A DNA stretch of 64,000 bases from Polyangiales bacterium (GCA_038231275.1 JBBRLQ010000024.1:32001-96000), one strand, 5' to 3'. Positions 1-11,059 are shown, counted from the first letter of the stretch. The notes: generated from the sequence alone by a model not told the origin. A program made the numbers and translations.

Positions 1-1
1 C

Positions 2-289
2 GGCGCCATCCATGTGCGCGTCGTCGACCACGGCCCCGGCGTGCCCGCGGAAGATCGCCACCGCATCTTCGAGCGCTTCGTTCGCGGGAGCGGCGGACCC
101 GACGCGCGCCCGCAAGTGAGAGGCAGTGGCATCGGCCTCGCGCTCGTGAAGAACATCGCGGAGAGCCACGGCGGACGCGCGTGGGTGGAGGCCGCCGAGC
201 CGCACGGCGCGTGCTTCGTCTTTACGATTCCGCTCCGCCCTTCCCTCGCCCGCGCGCCCTCCGCACGCCGAAGCCGCGGCCACGCCTAG
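2..289 (+). CDS. Sensor histidine kinase, C-terminal HATPase_c fragment (5' end outside window)
   Basis: G1 box DHGPGV, F box IFERF, G2 box GSGIGLALVK, then SHGGRAWV. Confidence 0.85.
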   Translation, partial: GAIHVRVVDHGPGVPAEDRHRIFERFVRGSGGPDARPQVRGSGIGLALVKNIAESHGGRAWVEAAEPHGACFVFTIPLRPSLARAPSARRSRGHA

Positions 290-389
290 AAAAATCACGA
301 GGGCTTCTGTAGGGTTGAGACGCACTGGGGTCCTCCGCCCGCGCGACGGTCACCGATCGGTCGCCTCATTCTCAAACCATTTCCACGTC

Positions 390-417
390 TTGACCTGTGG
401 TGCCGGCACGGTATCGT
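390..417 (+). promoter_or_regulatory. Putative sigma70-type promoter of the RRM gene
   Basis: TTGACC-N16-TATCGT about 80 bp upstream of the start. Confidence 0.45.
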
Positions 418-496
418 TCGGGAAGGTACGCGCGGCGAGGAGAGCGCGGCCCGGTCGTTTTTTTTTGTCGAGGTCCGTACGTGGAGGTCCGCCGTT

Positions 497-1459
497 TTGG
501 TCACGGGGAATGAGGATGCGAAGCTGTTCGTGGCAGGGCTGCCGGACAGCGTCTCGGAAGAAGTACTGAAGCAGCTCTTCGAAGCAACTGGCGGCACCGT
601 CGTCAACGTGAGCTTGCCGAAAGACCGGGCTACGGGAAGACCCCGCGGCTTTGGTTTCGTCACGCTCTCCACGCCCGCTGAGGCTCAGGCCGCACGCGAC
701 GCGCTCGACGGCTCGATGCAAGCAGGCAAATCCATTTCGGTGAGGCCGTTCCAGGCCGAGCCCCCGCGGCGCGATGGGCCAGGTGCAGGGCCGATGGGTC
801 CTGGCGGCCCGCGCACGTTCGGCGCCGGAAGCGGTCCTCCGCGCACGGGCGGTCCCGGTGGCGGACCAGGCGGACCTGGCGCGCCGGATCGAACGCTCTA
901 CGTCGGCAACCTCCCCTACGACTGCACGCAGATCGAGCTCGAGACGCTGATCAACGGCGTCGCCGGCACAGGTCAGGTCGTTCGCGTCCATCTTCCGACG
1001 GATCCCGACGGCAGAAAGCGCGGCTTCGGCTTCGTCACCATGGCGAGCTCGGAGACGGCGAAGACCGCTTCGGAGCAATTGAAGACGGCGGACCTCCGCG
1101 GTCGCAAGCTCGTCGTCAACCTCGCGCACCCGAAGGGCGACCGTCCTGCGCGACCCGACGGCGGCTTCGGTGGTGGTGGCGGCGGCTTCGGTGGTGGTGG
1201 CGGCGGCTTCGGTGGTGGTGGCGGCGGCTTCGGCGGTCCTCCTCCTCCTGGCGGCGGCAGCCAATTCGGTCCCCCCGCGCGGAAGACGTTCGACGAGCGG
1301 CGCCGCAAGACGCACTCGAGCGGCGGCGAAGACGGCCCGCGCAAACCCCGCTTCGGCGGCAACGAACGCGGCGGCGGCGGCGGCGGCCGCGTGAAAGCCG
1401 ACGACGACTGGAGCGGCGGCGGCGGCGGCAGCAGCGGCACCGGCGGCGACGACGATTGA
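497..1459 (+). CDS. RNA-binding protein with two RRM domains and Gly/Pro/Arg-rich low-complexity regions
   Basis: RNP2/RNP1 pairs KLFVAGL...RGFGFVTL and TLYVGNL...RGFGFVTM; TTG start with GGAGG upstream. Confidence 0.9.
   Translation: MVTGNEDAKLFVAGLPDSVSEEVLKQLFEATGGTVVNVSLPKDRATGRPRGFGFVTLSTPAEAQAARDALDGSMQAGKSISVRPFQAEPPRRDGPGAGPMGPGGPRTFGAGSGPPRTGGPGGGPGGPGAPDRTLYVGNLPYDCTQIELETLINGVAGTGQVVRVHLPTDPDGRKRGFGFVTMASSETAKTASEQLKTADLRGRKLVVNLAHPKGDRPARPDGGFGGGGGGFGGGGGGFGGGGGGFGGPPPPGGGSQFGPPARKTFDERRRKTHSSGGEDGPRKPRFGGNERGGGGGGRVKADDDWSGGGGGSSGTGGDDD
1160..1237 (+). repeat. 21-bp coding tandem repeat (GGCGGCTTCGGTGGTGGTGGC x3 plus partial) encoding GGFGGGG
   Basis: Read directly from the sequence. 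Confidence 0.9.
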
Positions 1460-1467
1460 GGAGGCTC

Positions 1468-1495
1468 TTGACTTGCCTGCCCACGCAGGTAAGGT
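1468..1495 (+). promoter_or_regulatory. Putative sigma70-type promoter of rpmG
   Basis: TTGACT-N16-TAAGGT followed by GC-rich discriminator CCGCCCCCC. Confidence 0.5.
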
Positions 1496-1519
1496 CCGCC
1501 CCCCTCTCAGGAAAGTCCA

Positions 1520-1681
1520 ATGCGCGACCTCATCAAAATGACGTGCGGAAACTGCAGCCGCGCGAACTACACGACGACCAAGAACAAGCGCACGATGAGC
1601 GAGAAATTCGAGATCAAGAAGTTCTGCCCCACGTGCCGGAAGCACTTCCCGCATAAAGAGGGAAAGATCTCAAAGGGTTGA
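1520..1681 (+). CDS. rpmG: 50S ribosomal protein L33, Zn-ribbon type, 53 aa (not in ORF track)
   Basis: Hand translation [53 protein letters not shown]; CxxC...YTTTKNK...KKFCPxC signature. Confidence 0.96.
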   Translation: MRDLIKMTCGNCSRANYTTTKNKRTMSEKFEIKKFCPTCRKHFPHKEGKISKG

Positions 1682-1746
1682 GGCGGTTGAGCGCCTCGCC
1701 CGCCGTCAGGCCGGGCTGGGTTGCTTCGTGCTCCTTCCGTTGGTAG

Positions 1747-2883
<1,137 letters not shown>

Positions 2884-2925
2884 GCCTCGGCCGCCCGATG
2901 GTTGCCGCGTAAGGGGTAGAAGTCT

Positions 2926-3807
2926 TTGTCCCCCATCAAGCGCTACCGCGATGCCGCGATCGTGATCGTCCTCCTGGCGGTCCCGTTCTTCTTTCTGCGC
3001 ACGAACATGAAGCGGCCGGAGAACCTGAACGCGCTGGATCGCGCGCTCCTCCGCGTGAGCGCGCCGATCGAGTTCGCGGCGTCGAGCGTCGCGCGCGGGC
3101 TGTCGAACCTGTTCGGCGACTACGTCTACTTGGTCGACGTGAAGAAGGACAACGAGCGCCTCGCGTACGACAACGCGCGCCTGCGCGAGAACGTCCATCA
3201 CCTCGAGCAAGCGCAGATCGAGAACCGCGAGCTGCGGCGGCTCCTCCAACTCCGCGAAGCGACGCCCGGCGACACCGTGAGCGCGCAGGTCGTCGGCAAG
3301 GATTTCACCCAGTTTTTCCGGGTGACGCGCATCGTTCTCGATCGGGGCTCGCGCAACATCCGGCCGCACATGCCGGTGATCTCGCCCGACGGCGTCGTCG
3401 GGGCGGTGCTCCACGTGAGCGGCGACGCGGTCGACGTGCAACTCGCCGTCGACGCGCAGTTCGGCATCGACGTCGAGGACGAGCGCACCCACGCGCGCGG
3501 CTTCGTGCGCGGCACCGGCGATCCGGCGCGCTACGGCTGCAAGGTCGAGATGGTCGACTCGCGCGACGAGATCGAAATCGGCGATCTGCTCGTCACGAGC
3601 GGCAAGGGCAAGTGGTTCCCCAAAGGCCTCCCCGTCGGGCGCGTCACCAAAGTCGTGCGCAAGGAGACGGGGCGCGATCAGGAGGTCGAGGCGCTCCCGA
3701 CCGTGAATTTTTCGCGCCTCGACGCCGTCCTCATCCTCGTGACGCCGCCCGGTGAAGAAGGGGCGCCGCCGGACGCGACCGCGAAGAGCGCCCAGAAGGG
3801 GAAGTAG
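2926..3807 (+). CDS. mreC: Rod shape-determining protein MreC
   Basis: N-terminal TM, coiled coil ENRELRRLL, GDLLVTSG..FPKGLPVG; follows mreB. Confidence 0.93.
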   Translation: MSPIKRYRDAAIVIVLLAVPFFFLRTNMKRPENLNALDRALLRVSAPIEFAASSVARGLSNLFGDYVYLVDVKKDNERLAYDNARLRENVHHLEQAQIENRELRRLLQLREATPGDTVSAQVVGKDFTQFFRVTRIVLDRGSRNIRPHMPVISPDGVVGAVLHVSGDAVDVQLAVDAQFGIDVEDERTHARGFVRGTGDPARYGCKVEMVDSRDEIEIGDLLVTSGKGKWFPKGLPVGRVTKVVRKETGRDQEVEALPTVNFSRLDAVLILVTPPGEEGAPPDATAKSAQKGK

Positions 3808-3816
3808 GGAACGCTC

Positions 3817-4341
3817 ATGCGCAACACGGCGTTCTTCGCGGCAGGCTTCGTCCTCCTCCTCCTCCAGGCGCAGCTCTTCCGGCTCATCGGCATGATCCAC
3901 GTGCCGGGAATGGTGCCGTCGCTCGTCCTGCCCCTCATCTTGTTCATGGGCGTGCACGAGTATTCGCTCCCGCGCGGCGCCGGCGTCGCGTTCGCGCTCG
4001 GATACGCGACCGATCTCGTGGCGATCGCGCCGGTCGGGCTCTACACCTTCACGTACGTCGCGCTGTTCCTGCTCGCGCGCGGCGCGGGCGTGCGGCTCGC
4101 CGCGCAGACGACGTGGATGCAGGTCGTCCTCGCGTTGGCCTTCACGCTGGTGCACAGCGTGATGCTGCTCATGCTCATCGCGGTGTTCGGCCGTGACGCG
4201 TATGCGCCGCGCGCGCTCTACCCGCTCATCTTGCCGCACGTGCTCGCCACGGGCGCGGTGGCGCCGCTCGTCTTCCGGCTCGCGCAGCGCATTCACGTCG
4301 CGACGACCGCCAAGGCGACCGGGGGGACGTTCGCGTCGTGA
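3817..4341 (+). CDS. mreD: Rod shape-determining protein MreD
   Basis: Polytopic membrane protein (FALGYATD) between mreC and the PBP2 gene. Confidence 0.85.
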   Translation: MRNTAFFAAGFVLLLLQAQLFRLIGMIHVPGMVPSLVLPLILFMGVHEYSLPRGAGVAFALGYATDLVAIAPVGLYTFTYVALFLLARGAGVRLAAQTTWMQVVLALAFTLVHSVMLLMLIAVFGRDAYAPRALYPLILPHVLATGAVAPLVFRLAQRIHVATTAKATGGTFAS

Positions 4342-6362
4342 GCGATCTCCTCGTCCCCCGCTCCGACGTCGGTGAGTTCCGGAAACGGTACCGCTGGCTC
4401 GCCCTCTTCGCCTTCCTCGCGTTCCTTGCGATCGTGATTCGGCTGTTCCAGCTCCAGGTCGTGCACGGCCGCGACTTCGCCGAGACGGCGCTCGAGAACG
4501 TGATCCGGCGCGTCACGCTTCCCACCACACGCGGCATCATCCGCGACGCGCAGGGGAAGGTGCTCGCGTCGAGCCGCCCGTCCTACAACGTGTACCTCGT
4601 GCCCGGCCGCGTCCTCCCGAGCGCGCGGCCTCACAAGCGCGGCGCGCCGATCGCGCCGGAGCCGGACACGTACCCGCGTATCGCCGACACGCTGCGCTTG
4701 AACCCCGACGAGCGCTCGCGCCTCGCGCAGCGCATGGCCACGGCGTGCACGACCGACGAGGATCGCTCGCCGTGCTGGCGCCCCATCCTCGTGCGCGAGG
4801 ATCTGCCGCGCGACATCGTCGCCGAGCTGAAGCAGCACCAGACCGAGCTCGCCGGCGCCGAGGTCACGCCGAGCCCCGTTCGCTATTACCCGTACAAGAG
4901 CCTCGGCGCGCACCTCATCGGGTACACCGCCGAGATCGACGCCGAGGCGCTCGCGCGATTTCGTCCCCAGGGCTACGACGCGCTCAACGCGGACGGGCGC
5001 GCGAAGGCGAACCCGCTCGGCTACGAGAACGGCGACGTGCTCGGCGCGACCGGCGTGGAGCACGCGTGGGAGAGCTACCTCCGTGGGCAGCGCGGCTGGG
5101 AGAAGCGCGTGGTCGACGCGCGCGGCCGCTACCGCACCGGCCCGGAGGCCGATCGCCTGATCGAATCCCCCGCCCGCCAGGAGCCGATCCCCGGGCGCGA
5201 TTTGCGGCTCACCGTCGACATCGAGCTCACGCAAGCCGTAGAGAAGGCGATGCGCGTGCACCCGGCCGGCGCCGCGGTGGTCGTCGACGTCCGCACCGGC
5301 CGACTCCTCGCGCTCTACTCGAAGCCGGACTTCGATCCGAACGATCTTTCGGGCGGCGGCGGCCGCGAGCGCGTGCGGCAGTCGTGGGCGAAGCTCTCGA
5401 CCGATCCGCTTCATCCTCTCCTCGACAAGACGATCAGCGGCTCGTTCCAGCCCGGATCGACCTTCAAGCCGTTCAGCGCCCTCGCCGCGCTCGAGGATCG
5501 CGTGATCGATCCCGAGGAGACCGTGCGCTGCGACGGCGTCGTCTACTTCGGCCGCCAGCCATGGCACTGCACCCACGTGCACGGCAAGGTCGGCATGCAC
5601 GACGCGATCAGCGAGTCGTGCAACATCTACTTCGCCAAGGTCGCCGAGGCGGCCGGCATGGACCGCATCGCGAAGGTCGCGCAGGACTTCGGTTTCGGAA
5701 CCAAGACCGGCCTCGGCACCAACCCCGAAGCGCCGGGACGCATCACGACACGCTCGTGGTACGCGCTACGCTACCGTGGCCAGTTCCGCGTCGGCTTCAC
5801 GCTCAACACCGCCATCGGCCAGGGCGCAACGACGGTGACGCCGCTCCAGCTCGCCCTCGCCTACGCCGCGCTCGCCAACGGCGGGACCCTTTATTTACCG
5901 CAGATCGTGCGCGCCGTGGAGACGAGTGACGGTGGCGTCGTCCAGGATTTTCCGCCGCGCGTGCACCACAAGGTCACCATTCGCCCCGAGAACCTCTCGC
6001 GCGTGACCGAGGCGCTGTGGGGCGTCGTCAACGAGCCGAAGGGCACGGCGTTCGCGGTGCGTGACGCCGCGCTCGACGTCGCCGGCAAGACCGGCACCGC
6101 GCAGACCGGCTTCGTCGCGCACGAGGGGGACGATCCCAAGAAGGCCTGGTACGAGTCACGCGACCACGCGTGGTTCGCGGCGTACTCGCCCTCCAAGGAT
6201 CCCGAAATCGCCGTCGTCGTGCTGATCGAGCACGGCGGCTCCGGCCCCACGCAGGCCGCGCCGGTCGCGCTGCAGATCGTGCGGGAGTACGGCCGACTCG
6301 CCGCCGCGCGCGCCGGTCATCCCATCGAGCCGCAGAAGCGCGCCGCGAGCAGCAAGCCATGA
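4338..6362 (+). CDS. mrdA: Penicillin-binding protein 2
   Basis: SxxK (GSTFK), SxN (SCN), KTGT motifs; RGIIRD; operon context. Confidence 0.95.
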   Translation: MSDLLVPRSDVGEFRKRYRWLALFAFLAFLAIVIRLFQLQVVHGRDFAETALENVIRRVTLPTTRGIIRDAQGKVLASSRPSYNVYLVPGRVLPSARPHKRGAPIAPEPDTYPRIADTLRLNPDERSRLAQRMATACTTDEDRSPCWRPILVREDLPRDIVAELKQHQTELAGAEVTPSPVRYYPYKSLGAHLIGYTAEIDAEALARFRPQGYDALNADGRAKANPLGYENGDVLGATGVEHAWESYLRGQRGWEKRVVDARGRYRTGPEADRLIESPARQEPIPGRDLRLTVDIELTQAVEKAMRVHPAGAAVVVDVRTGRLLALYSKPDFDPNDLSGGGGRERVRQSWAKLSTDPLHPLLDKTISGSFQPGSTFKPFSALAALEDRVIDPEETVRCDGVVYFGRQPWHCTHVHGKVGMHDAISESCNIYFAKVAEAAGMDRIAKVAQDFGFGTKTGLGTNPEAPGRITTRSWYALRYRGQFRVGFTLNTAIGQGATTVTPLQLALAYAALANGGTLYLPQIVRAVETSDGGVVQDFPPRVHHKVTIRPENLSRVTEALWGVVNEPKGTAFAVRDAALDVAGKTGTAQTGFVAHEGDDPKKAWYESRDHAWFAAYSPSKDPEIAVVVLIEHGGSGPTQAAPVALQIVREYGRLAAARAGHPIEPQKRAASSKP

Positions 6363-7543
6363 GCACGTACGGCCTCTCTTCCGGACGCCTCCTCGGGCGG
6401 GCGCGCGACCACTTCGACTGGGCGCTCTTCCTGTGCGCCGCCCTCCTCGCCGTCGTCGGCGTCGTGAACCTCTACTCGGCGACCAGCGTAGTGCGCGCGT
6501 CGCTCGCCGAGATGTACATCCAGCAAATTTACTGGCTCGTCGTCGGCGGCATCCTCGCGACCGTCGTCGCCGCGATCGACTACCGACACTACGAGCGCTT
6601 CGGCTACGCCCTTTACGCGTTCGGCGTCGTGCTCTTGGTGCTCGTGTTCATCCTAGGACGGGATATCCGCGGCAGCTCGCGCTGGATCTACATCGGAAGC
6701 TTCAGCTTGCAGCCGAGCGAGTTCATGAAGCTCTTTTTGATCATCGCGCTCGCCAAGCACCTGCACGACGATCCGAAGAGCGAGGGGCGCACGCTGGTCG
6801 ATCTGATCGTGCCGATCCTGCTGACGATCGTGCCGCTCCTCCTCATCCTCCTCCAGCCCGATCTCGGGACCGCGCTCATCCTCGGGCTCATCTTCCTCAC
6901 GGTCTCCGCGCTGACGCGGCTCCAGCGAAAGAGCCTCTACTGGCTGCTGGGCGGCGGCCTGCTCGTCGGCGGCGGCGGCGGCGCGGTCATCTCGCCGATC
7001 ATCTGGCAAAATGTGCTGAAGGAGTACCAGCGCCAGCGCATCACGGCGTACCTGAACCCCGAGTCGAACATCCAAGGCATCAACTGGCACGCCCACAACG
7101 CGCGCGTCGCCATTGGCAACGGGGGCTGGACGGGGCAAGGGTTCATGCGCGGGACGCAGAACCAGTACCTCTTCTTGCCCGATCAGTACTCCGACTTCCC
7201 GTTCCCGGTCTTCGCGGAGGACTGGGGATTTTTCGGGAGCATCGTGCTCGTCGCGCTCTACGGGTTCTTGGTGCTCTGGTCGATCCGCGTCGCGGCGACG
7301 TCGAAGGATCGGTTCGGCGCCGTGCTGTCGATCGGCGTGGGCGCGCTCATCTTCTGGCACGCGTTCTTCAACCTTGGGATGGCGACGGGGCTACTCCCGG
7401 TCGTGGGCGTCACGCTCCCGCTCTTCTCGTACGGCGGCTCGAGCATCGTCACCGTCATGATGGGCATCGGCCTCCTGATGAACGTGTCGATGCGCCGCTT
7501 CTACGTGTCCCCGGGCCGCGCCTCGCGCCTCGGCGGCCTGTAG
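6359..7543 (+). CDS. rodA: SEDS glycosyltransferase RodA
   Basis: LQPSEFMK, QPDLGTA, LPVVGVTLPLFSYGGSS; ATG overlaps the mrdA stop (ATGA). Confidence 0.95.
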   Translation: MSTYGLSSGRLLGRARDHFDWALFLCAALLAVVGVVNLYSATSVVRASLAEMYIQQIYWLVVGGILATVVAAIDYRHYERFGYALYAFGVVLLVLVFILGRDIRGSSRWIYIGSFSLQPSEFMKLFLIIALAKHLHDDPKSEGRTLVDLIVPILLTIVPLLLILLQPDLGTALILGLIFLTVSALTRLQRKSLYWLLGGGLLVGGGGGAVISPIIWQNVLKEYQRQRITAYLNPESNIQGINWHAHNARVAIGNGGWTGQGFMRGTQNQYLFLPDQYSDFPFPVFAEDWGFFGSIVLVALYGFLVLWSIRVAATSKDRFGAVLSIGVGALIFWHAFFNLGMATGLLPVVGVTLPLFSYGGSSIVTVMMGIGLLMNVSMRRFYVSPGRASRLGGL

Positions 7544-7709
7544 GTCCTGCACCCCTACCAGAGCGCGGAGCGCGGCCGTGCGGGGGTCAGCGCGGAGAAT
7601 TCGACGCCGCGAATGCGACCTGTCGGACAGCTGGTTCGTAGGTGACGTGCGGGTCAAGATCTCGGTACGCTTCCAAGCTCACCCGCTTCCCACAAACGAG
7701 AGAGGGCAC

Positions 7710-8423
7710 ATGAGACGCACCACACTTGGAATCGCAACGCTTCTGAGCTTGGCGGGAGGGGCGGCAATCGTCGGCTACACGACCGCCGCTCGCTCGGCCG
7801 ACCATCTCGACTCCCCGGCTGTCATCGCGGAACCCGCCGCCGACATCAACGACCAATACGCATGGATGGATGGGAACAATCTCGTCCTCGCCATGACCGT
7901 CTTTCCGGCGGCGACGGCGGGCGCCAAGTTCTCGGACAAGGTCCAGTACGTCTTCCACACGTCGAGCGGCGCCGCGTTCGGCACGACCACGGCCGACCTC
8001 GACATCATCTGCACCTTCAACGCCGCTCAGGTCGCTTCCTGTTGGGCTGGCACGGCCGAGTACGTGAAGGGGGATGCGAGCAACATCACGGGGCTCGCGA
8101 GCGCAGACGGCAAATTCAAGGTGTTCGCCGGCCTTCGCGCGGATCCGTTCTTCTTCAACGTGGACGGCTTCAAGCACACGGTCGCCACCGTCGAGTCGGT
8201 CGCGGGGACGCTGACCTTCGACACGGCGGGATGCCCGGCGCTCGACGCGCCAACCTCCGCGCTACTGCGCAGTCAGCTGCAGACCTCCGCGGACGGCGGT
8301 CCGGCGGTCGACTTCTTCGGGCCGCTCAACGGTCTCGCGATCGTCGTGTCGATCGACAAGTCGCTCGTCAACAAGGGCGGGCCGATCATGTCGGCTTGGA
8401 CCAGCACCAACCGGGCGCCGTGA
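7710..8423 (+). CDS. DUF4331-family secreted protein, N-terminal half
   Basis: Signal peptide, then ADHLDSP...ADIND.YAW...VFAGLRADPFFFN. Confidence 0.75.
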   Translation: MRRTTLGIATLLSLAGGAAIVGYTTAARSADHLDSPAVIAEPAADINDQYAWMDGNNLVLAMTVFPAATAGAKFSDKVQYVFHTSSGAAFGTTTADLDIICTFNAAQVASCWAGTAEYVKGDASNITGLASADGKFKVFAGLRADPFFFNVDGFKHTVATVESVAGTLTFDTAGCPALDAPTSALLRSQLQTSADGGPAVDFFGPLNGLAIVVSIDKSLVNKGGPIMSAWTSTNRAP

Positions 8424-8438
8424 GGGAGGACTAAGAAA

Positions 8439-9182
8439 ATGAAAAAGATCCTCCTCGCCACGTTTGCTCTCACCGCCGCGTTCTCGGGCGTCATCGGACT
8501 CGTCGCCTGCGGTGGCGACGACACCTCGACCCCCGCCGCCGATGGCGGAAAGGACGTCACGACCACCGACAGCCCGGCGCCGCCGCCGCCGCCGCCGAAC
8601 CCGCCGCCTCCGCCCCCGGATGGTGGCGATGCCGGTCCCCCGCCGCCGCCCGCCCCGCCTGCGCTCGGCGCGCAGCTCGATCGCTTCGGTCGACCCGCGG
8701 TCAACACTGCGCTCAACCACACCTTCGATCCCGATACGAGCGACGGTGGAACCAAGGGGACGGCCAAGGACAAGTACAACGCGGACAAGGGAGCCGCGGG
8801 ATGGGTAGCGGCGTACCAGCCGCAGATGGCCGCGAACCTCGGCATCTACGACGCGCTCGACTCGGTGTGCGGCAATCAGCCGTTCGCGCAGAACGACGCC
8901 GGCGCCGATCGGTACAAGACGCTCTCCAGCGTCCTCGCCGACGACAGGCTCTGGGTCAACACCGGCTCGACCACGTGCACCCAGTACCTCGGCGTCGAGC
9001 TCAACGCGACCGGCGCGGTCCCCAACACCGACTGCGGTGGCCGCAAGCTGGCCTACGACGTCATCGACACGACGTACACGGTCGTCTCCGGCACGTTCCC
9101 GACGGCGTTCGGTGACACGATCGGCGCGAACGCGACGAAGACGGGCGGGGCGACGTTCCCGTACCTCTCCACTCCGCAGTGA
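8439..9182 (+). CDS. DUF4331-family lipoprotein, C-terminal half
   Basis: Lipobox LVAC, poly-Pro linker, QLDRFGRPAVNTAL...GGRKLAYDVID...TFPYL. Confidence 0.7.
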   Translation: MKKILLATFALTAAFSGVIGLVACGGDDTSTPAADGGKDVTTTDSPAPPPPPPNPPPPPPDGGDAGPPPPPAPPALGAQLDRFGRPAVNTALNHTFDPDTSDGGTKGTAKDKYNADKGAAGWVAAYQPQMAANLGIYDALDSVCGNQPFAQNDAGADRYKTLSSVLADDRLWVNTGSTTCTQYLGVELNATGAVPNTDCGGRKLAYDVIDTTYTVVSGTFPTAFGDTIGANATKTGGATFPYLSTPQ

Positions 9183-10444
9183 ATCTGCGTCGTGCAGCGG
9201 CATTCGCTGCCATCGCGTCCATCGCGATGGCAGCGAGCGCCGCGTGCGCGAGGAAGCCGCCGCCTCCGCCGGGCGACGCGCCGAGCGTCCCCTCCGCGTC
9301 CGCGCAGGCCGCAAGCGCGCCGCCTCCGCTCGTGCCGCCGAGCACGACGAGCCCCGAGATCGCGCTCAGCAACCTCGACGTCCAGATCACCGGTCGCGAA
9401 CAGGCGCTCGGCCGGCGCGAGGACGACGTCGACGCCGCGCGCACGCTCGTTCAGCTCTTGCTCGCGCGCGCAGAGTACGCGAGCCGCATCAAGGACATGG
9501 AGCACGCCGACCAGGTCGCCAAGGCGATCGCGAAGCGTAGACCCGAGTCCGCCGAGGCGCGCATCGCGTACGCGTCGACGCTCGCCGCATTCCACCTGTT
9601 CGCGCAGGCCGAGGCGGAGCTCGCCGAGGCCGAGAAGGCCGACTCGTTGACCCGCTCTCGCCCACTCGCCCGCGCCGTGCGCGACGCGAGGTCGACGATC
9701 CTCATGGCTCAGGGCCGATTCGACGACGCCGCAGCGCTGAGGCCGGAGGCCGCCGATCCGTCGCTAGGGCCGATGGAGCTCGCGACGCTCGCGACCCTCG
9801 CCGGCGAACGCGATCGCCCCGAGGAGGCGGAGCAGCTCTTCGATCGCGCGCGGGCAGCATACCGAGACGTGACGCCGTTTCCGGTGGCGTGGATCGACTT
9901 CCAGCGCGGCTCGTACCTAGAGAAGCGCGGCGACCGGATCCGCGCGAAGCAGTTCCTCGCAGAGGCCCACACGCTCCTGCCGTCCTACGCGCACCCCGTC
10001 GTTCATCTCGCGGCGCTCGACGCGGCGCAGGCGCTCGCGCTGCTCGAGCCGCTCCTTCGGACGTCGGACGACCCACAAGTCGACGCCGCATATGGCGACG
10101 CGCTGCGCCGGGCAGGAAGGACCGAGGAAGCCCGCACCGCGAACGATCGCGCGCGGCAGCGGTACGACGCGCTCGTCACGGCACATCCCGAAGCGTTCGC
10201 CGATCACGCGGCCGCGTTCTACCTCGATACCGTGCGCGACCCGACGCGCGCCCTCCCCCTGGCGAGGAGGAACGCGCAGCTGCGGCGCACGGAGCCGGCG
10301 CTCGACCTGCTCATTCTGGCCGCGCACGCCGCGGGAGCCAAGGACGAGGCCTGCGCAGCCGCGAGGGACGGCGCGGCGCTGAAGTACGCGTCGTCGGCGT
10401 TCCGCGCGACGGTCGCCGCCGTTCAAAAGAGCTGCCCACCATGA
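9179..10444 (+). CDS. TPR-like helical repeat lipoprotein of the DUF4331 operon
   Basis: Lipobox SAAC, Ala/Arg-rich helical repeats, GTGA overlap with the upstream stop. Confidence 0.65.
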   Translation: MNLRRAAAFAAIASIAMAASAACARKPPPPPGDAPSVPSASAQAASAPPPLVPPSTTSPEIALSNLDVQITGREQALGRREDDVDAARTLVQLLLARAEYASRIKDMEHADQVAKAIAKRRPESAEARIAYASTLAAFHLFAQAEAELAEAEKADSLTRSRPLARAVRDARSTILMAQGRFDDAAALRPEAADPSLGPMELATLATLAGERDRPEEAEQLFDRARAAYRDVTPFPVAWIDFQRGSYLEKRGDRIRAKQFLAEAHTLLPSYAHPVVHLAALDAAQALALLEPLLRTSDDPQVDAAYGDALRRAGRTEEARTANDRARQRYDALVTAHPEAFADHAAAFYLDTVRDPTRALPLARRNAQLRRTEPALDLLILAAHAAGAKDEACAAARDGAALKYASSAFRATVAAVQKSCPP

Positions 10445-10591
10445 GCTGCGAGAGTCGTCGGGCGCGGGTGCACGACCGGTGTCGAGGTAGGAGAGTTCGC
10501 TACCATTTTCGCGAATTTCCGAGGTCTACGTTGCGTCTCTGCCTTGGGCCCGGGGGGAATTTTCCGATCTCGTGACGTAGGGTGTTGGGCC

Positions 10592-11059
10592 ATGCCGCGC
10601 CCTTCGCTGCTTATCGTTTCCGCGCTCGCCCTCACCGCCGGCCTCGGGATCTTCGCCTGCGCGCAAGGCGTGGCGGACCTCGGCACCGACGGCACCGGCA
10701 CCATCCAGCCCGACAGCGGAGACCTCGTCGACACCGGCGGCGGCAGCACTGCGGACCACACGACTCCTCCCCCCCCTCCGCCGCCACCCCCTCCGCAGGA
10801 CTCCGGGGCGTTGCCCGAGCAAGACTCCGCGCCGCCCGATGACGCCGCCGTTCAGGACGCGGGGCCTCCGCCCGACGCGGGGACGGTCAACAACGGCGAC
10901 TGCGACACGTCCGCTCAGTTCCTCTCGTTCGTGTACGGCGTCGAGTACGGCGCAGCGGTCGCCAGGGGCTCGCTCAAGCTGTGCCTCCCGGGAGCTGGCA
11001 GCTGCGCCGCCACCGAGTGCTGCTACACGCAGCTGCTCCCGGCCTGCATCGCGCGCTGA
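10592..11059 (+). CDS. Small lipoprotein with poly-Pro linker and Cys-rich C-terminus
   Basis: IFAC lipobox; C-terminal C..CC..C cluster. Confidence 0.65.
   Translation: MPRPSLLIVSALALTAGLGIFACAQGVADLGTDGTGTIQPDSGDLVDTGGGSTADHTTPPPPPPPPPPQDSGALPEQDSAPPDDAAVQDAGPPPDAGTVNNGDCDTSAQFLSFVYGVEYGAAVARGSLKLCLPGAGSCAATECCYTQLLPACIAR

Noticed and set aside
1456..1656. 66-aa ORF from the track
   Set aside because: Wrong frame; the real gene is rpmG at 1520-1681.
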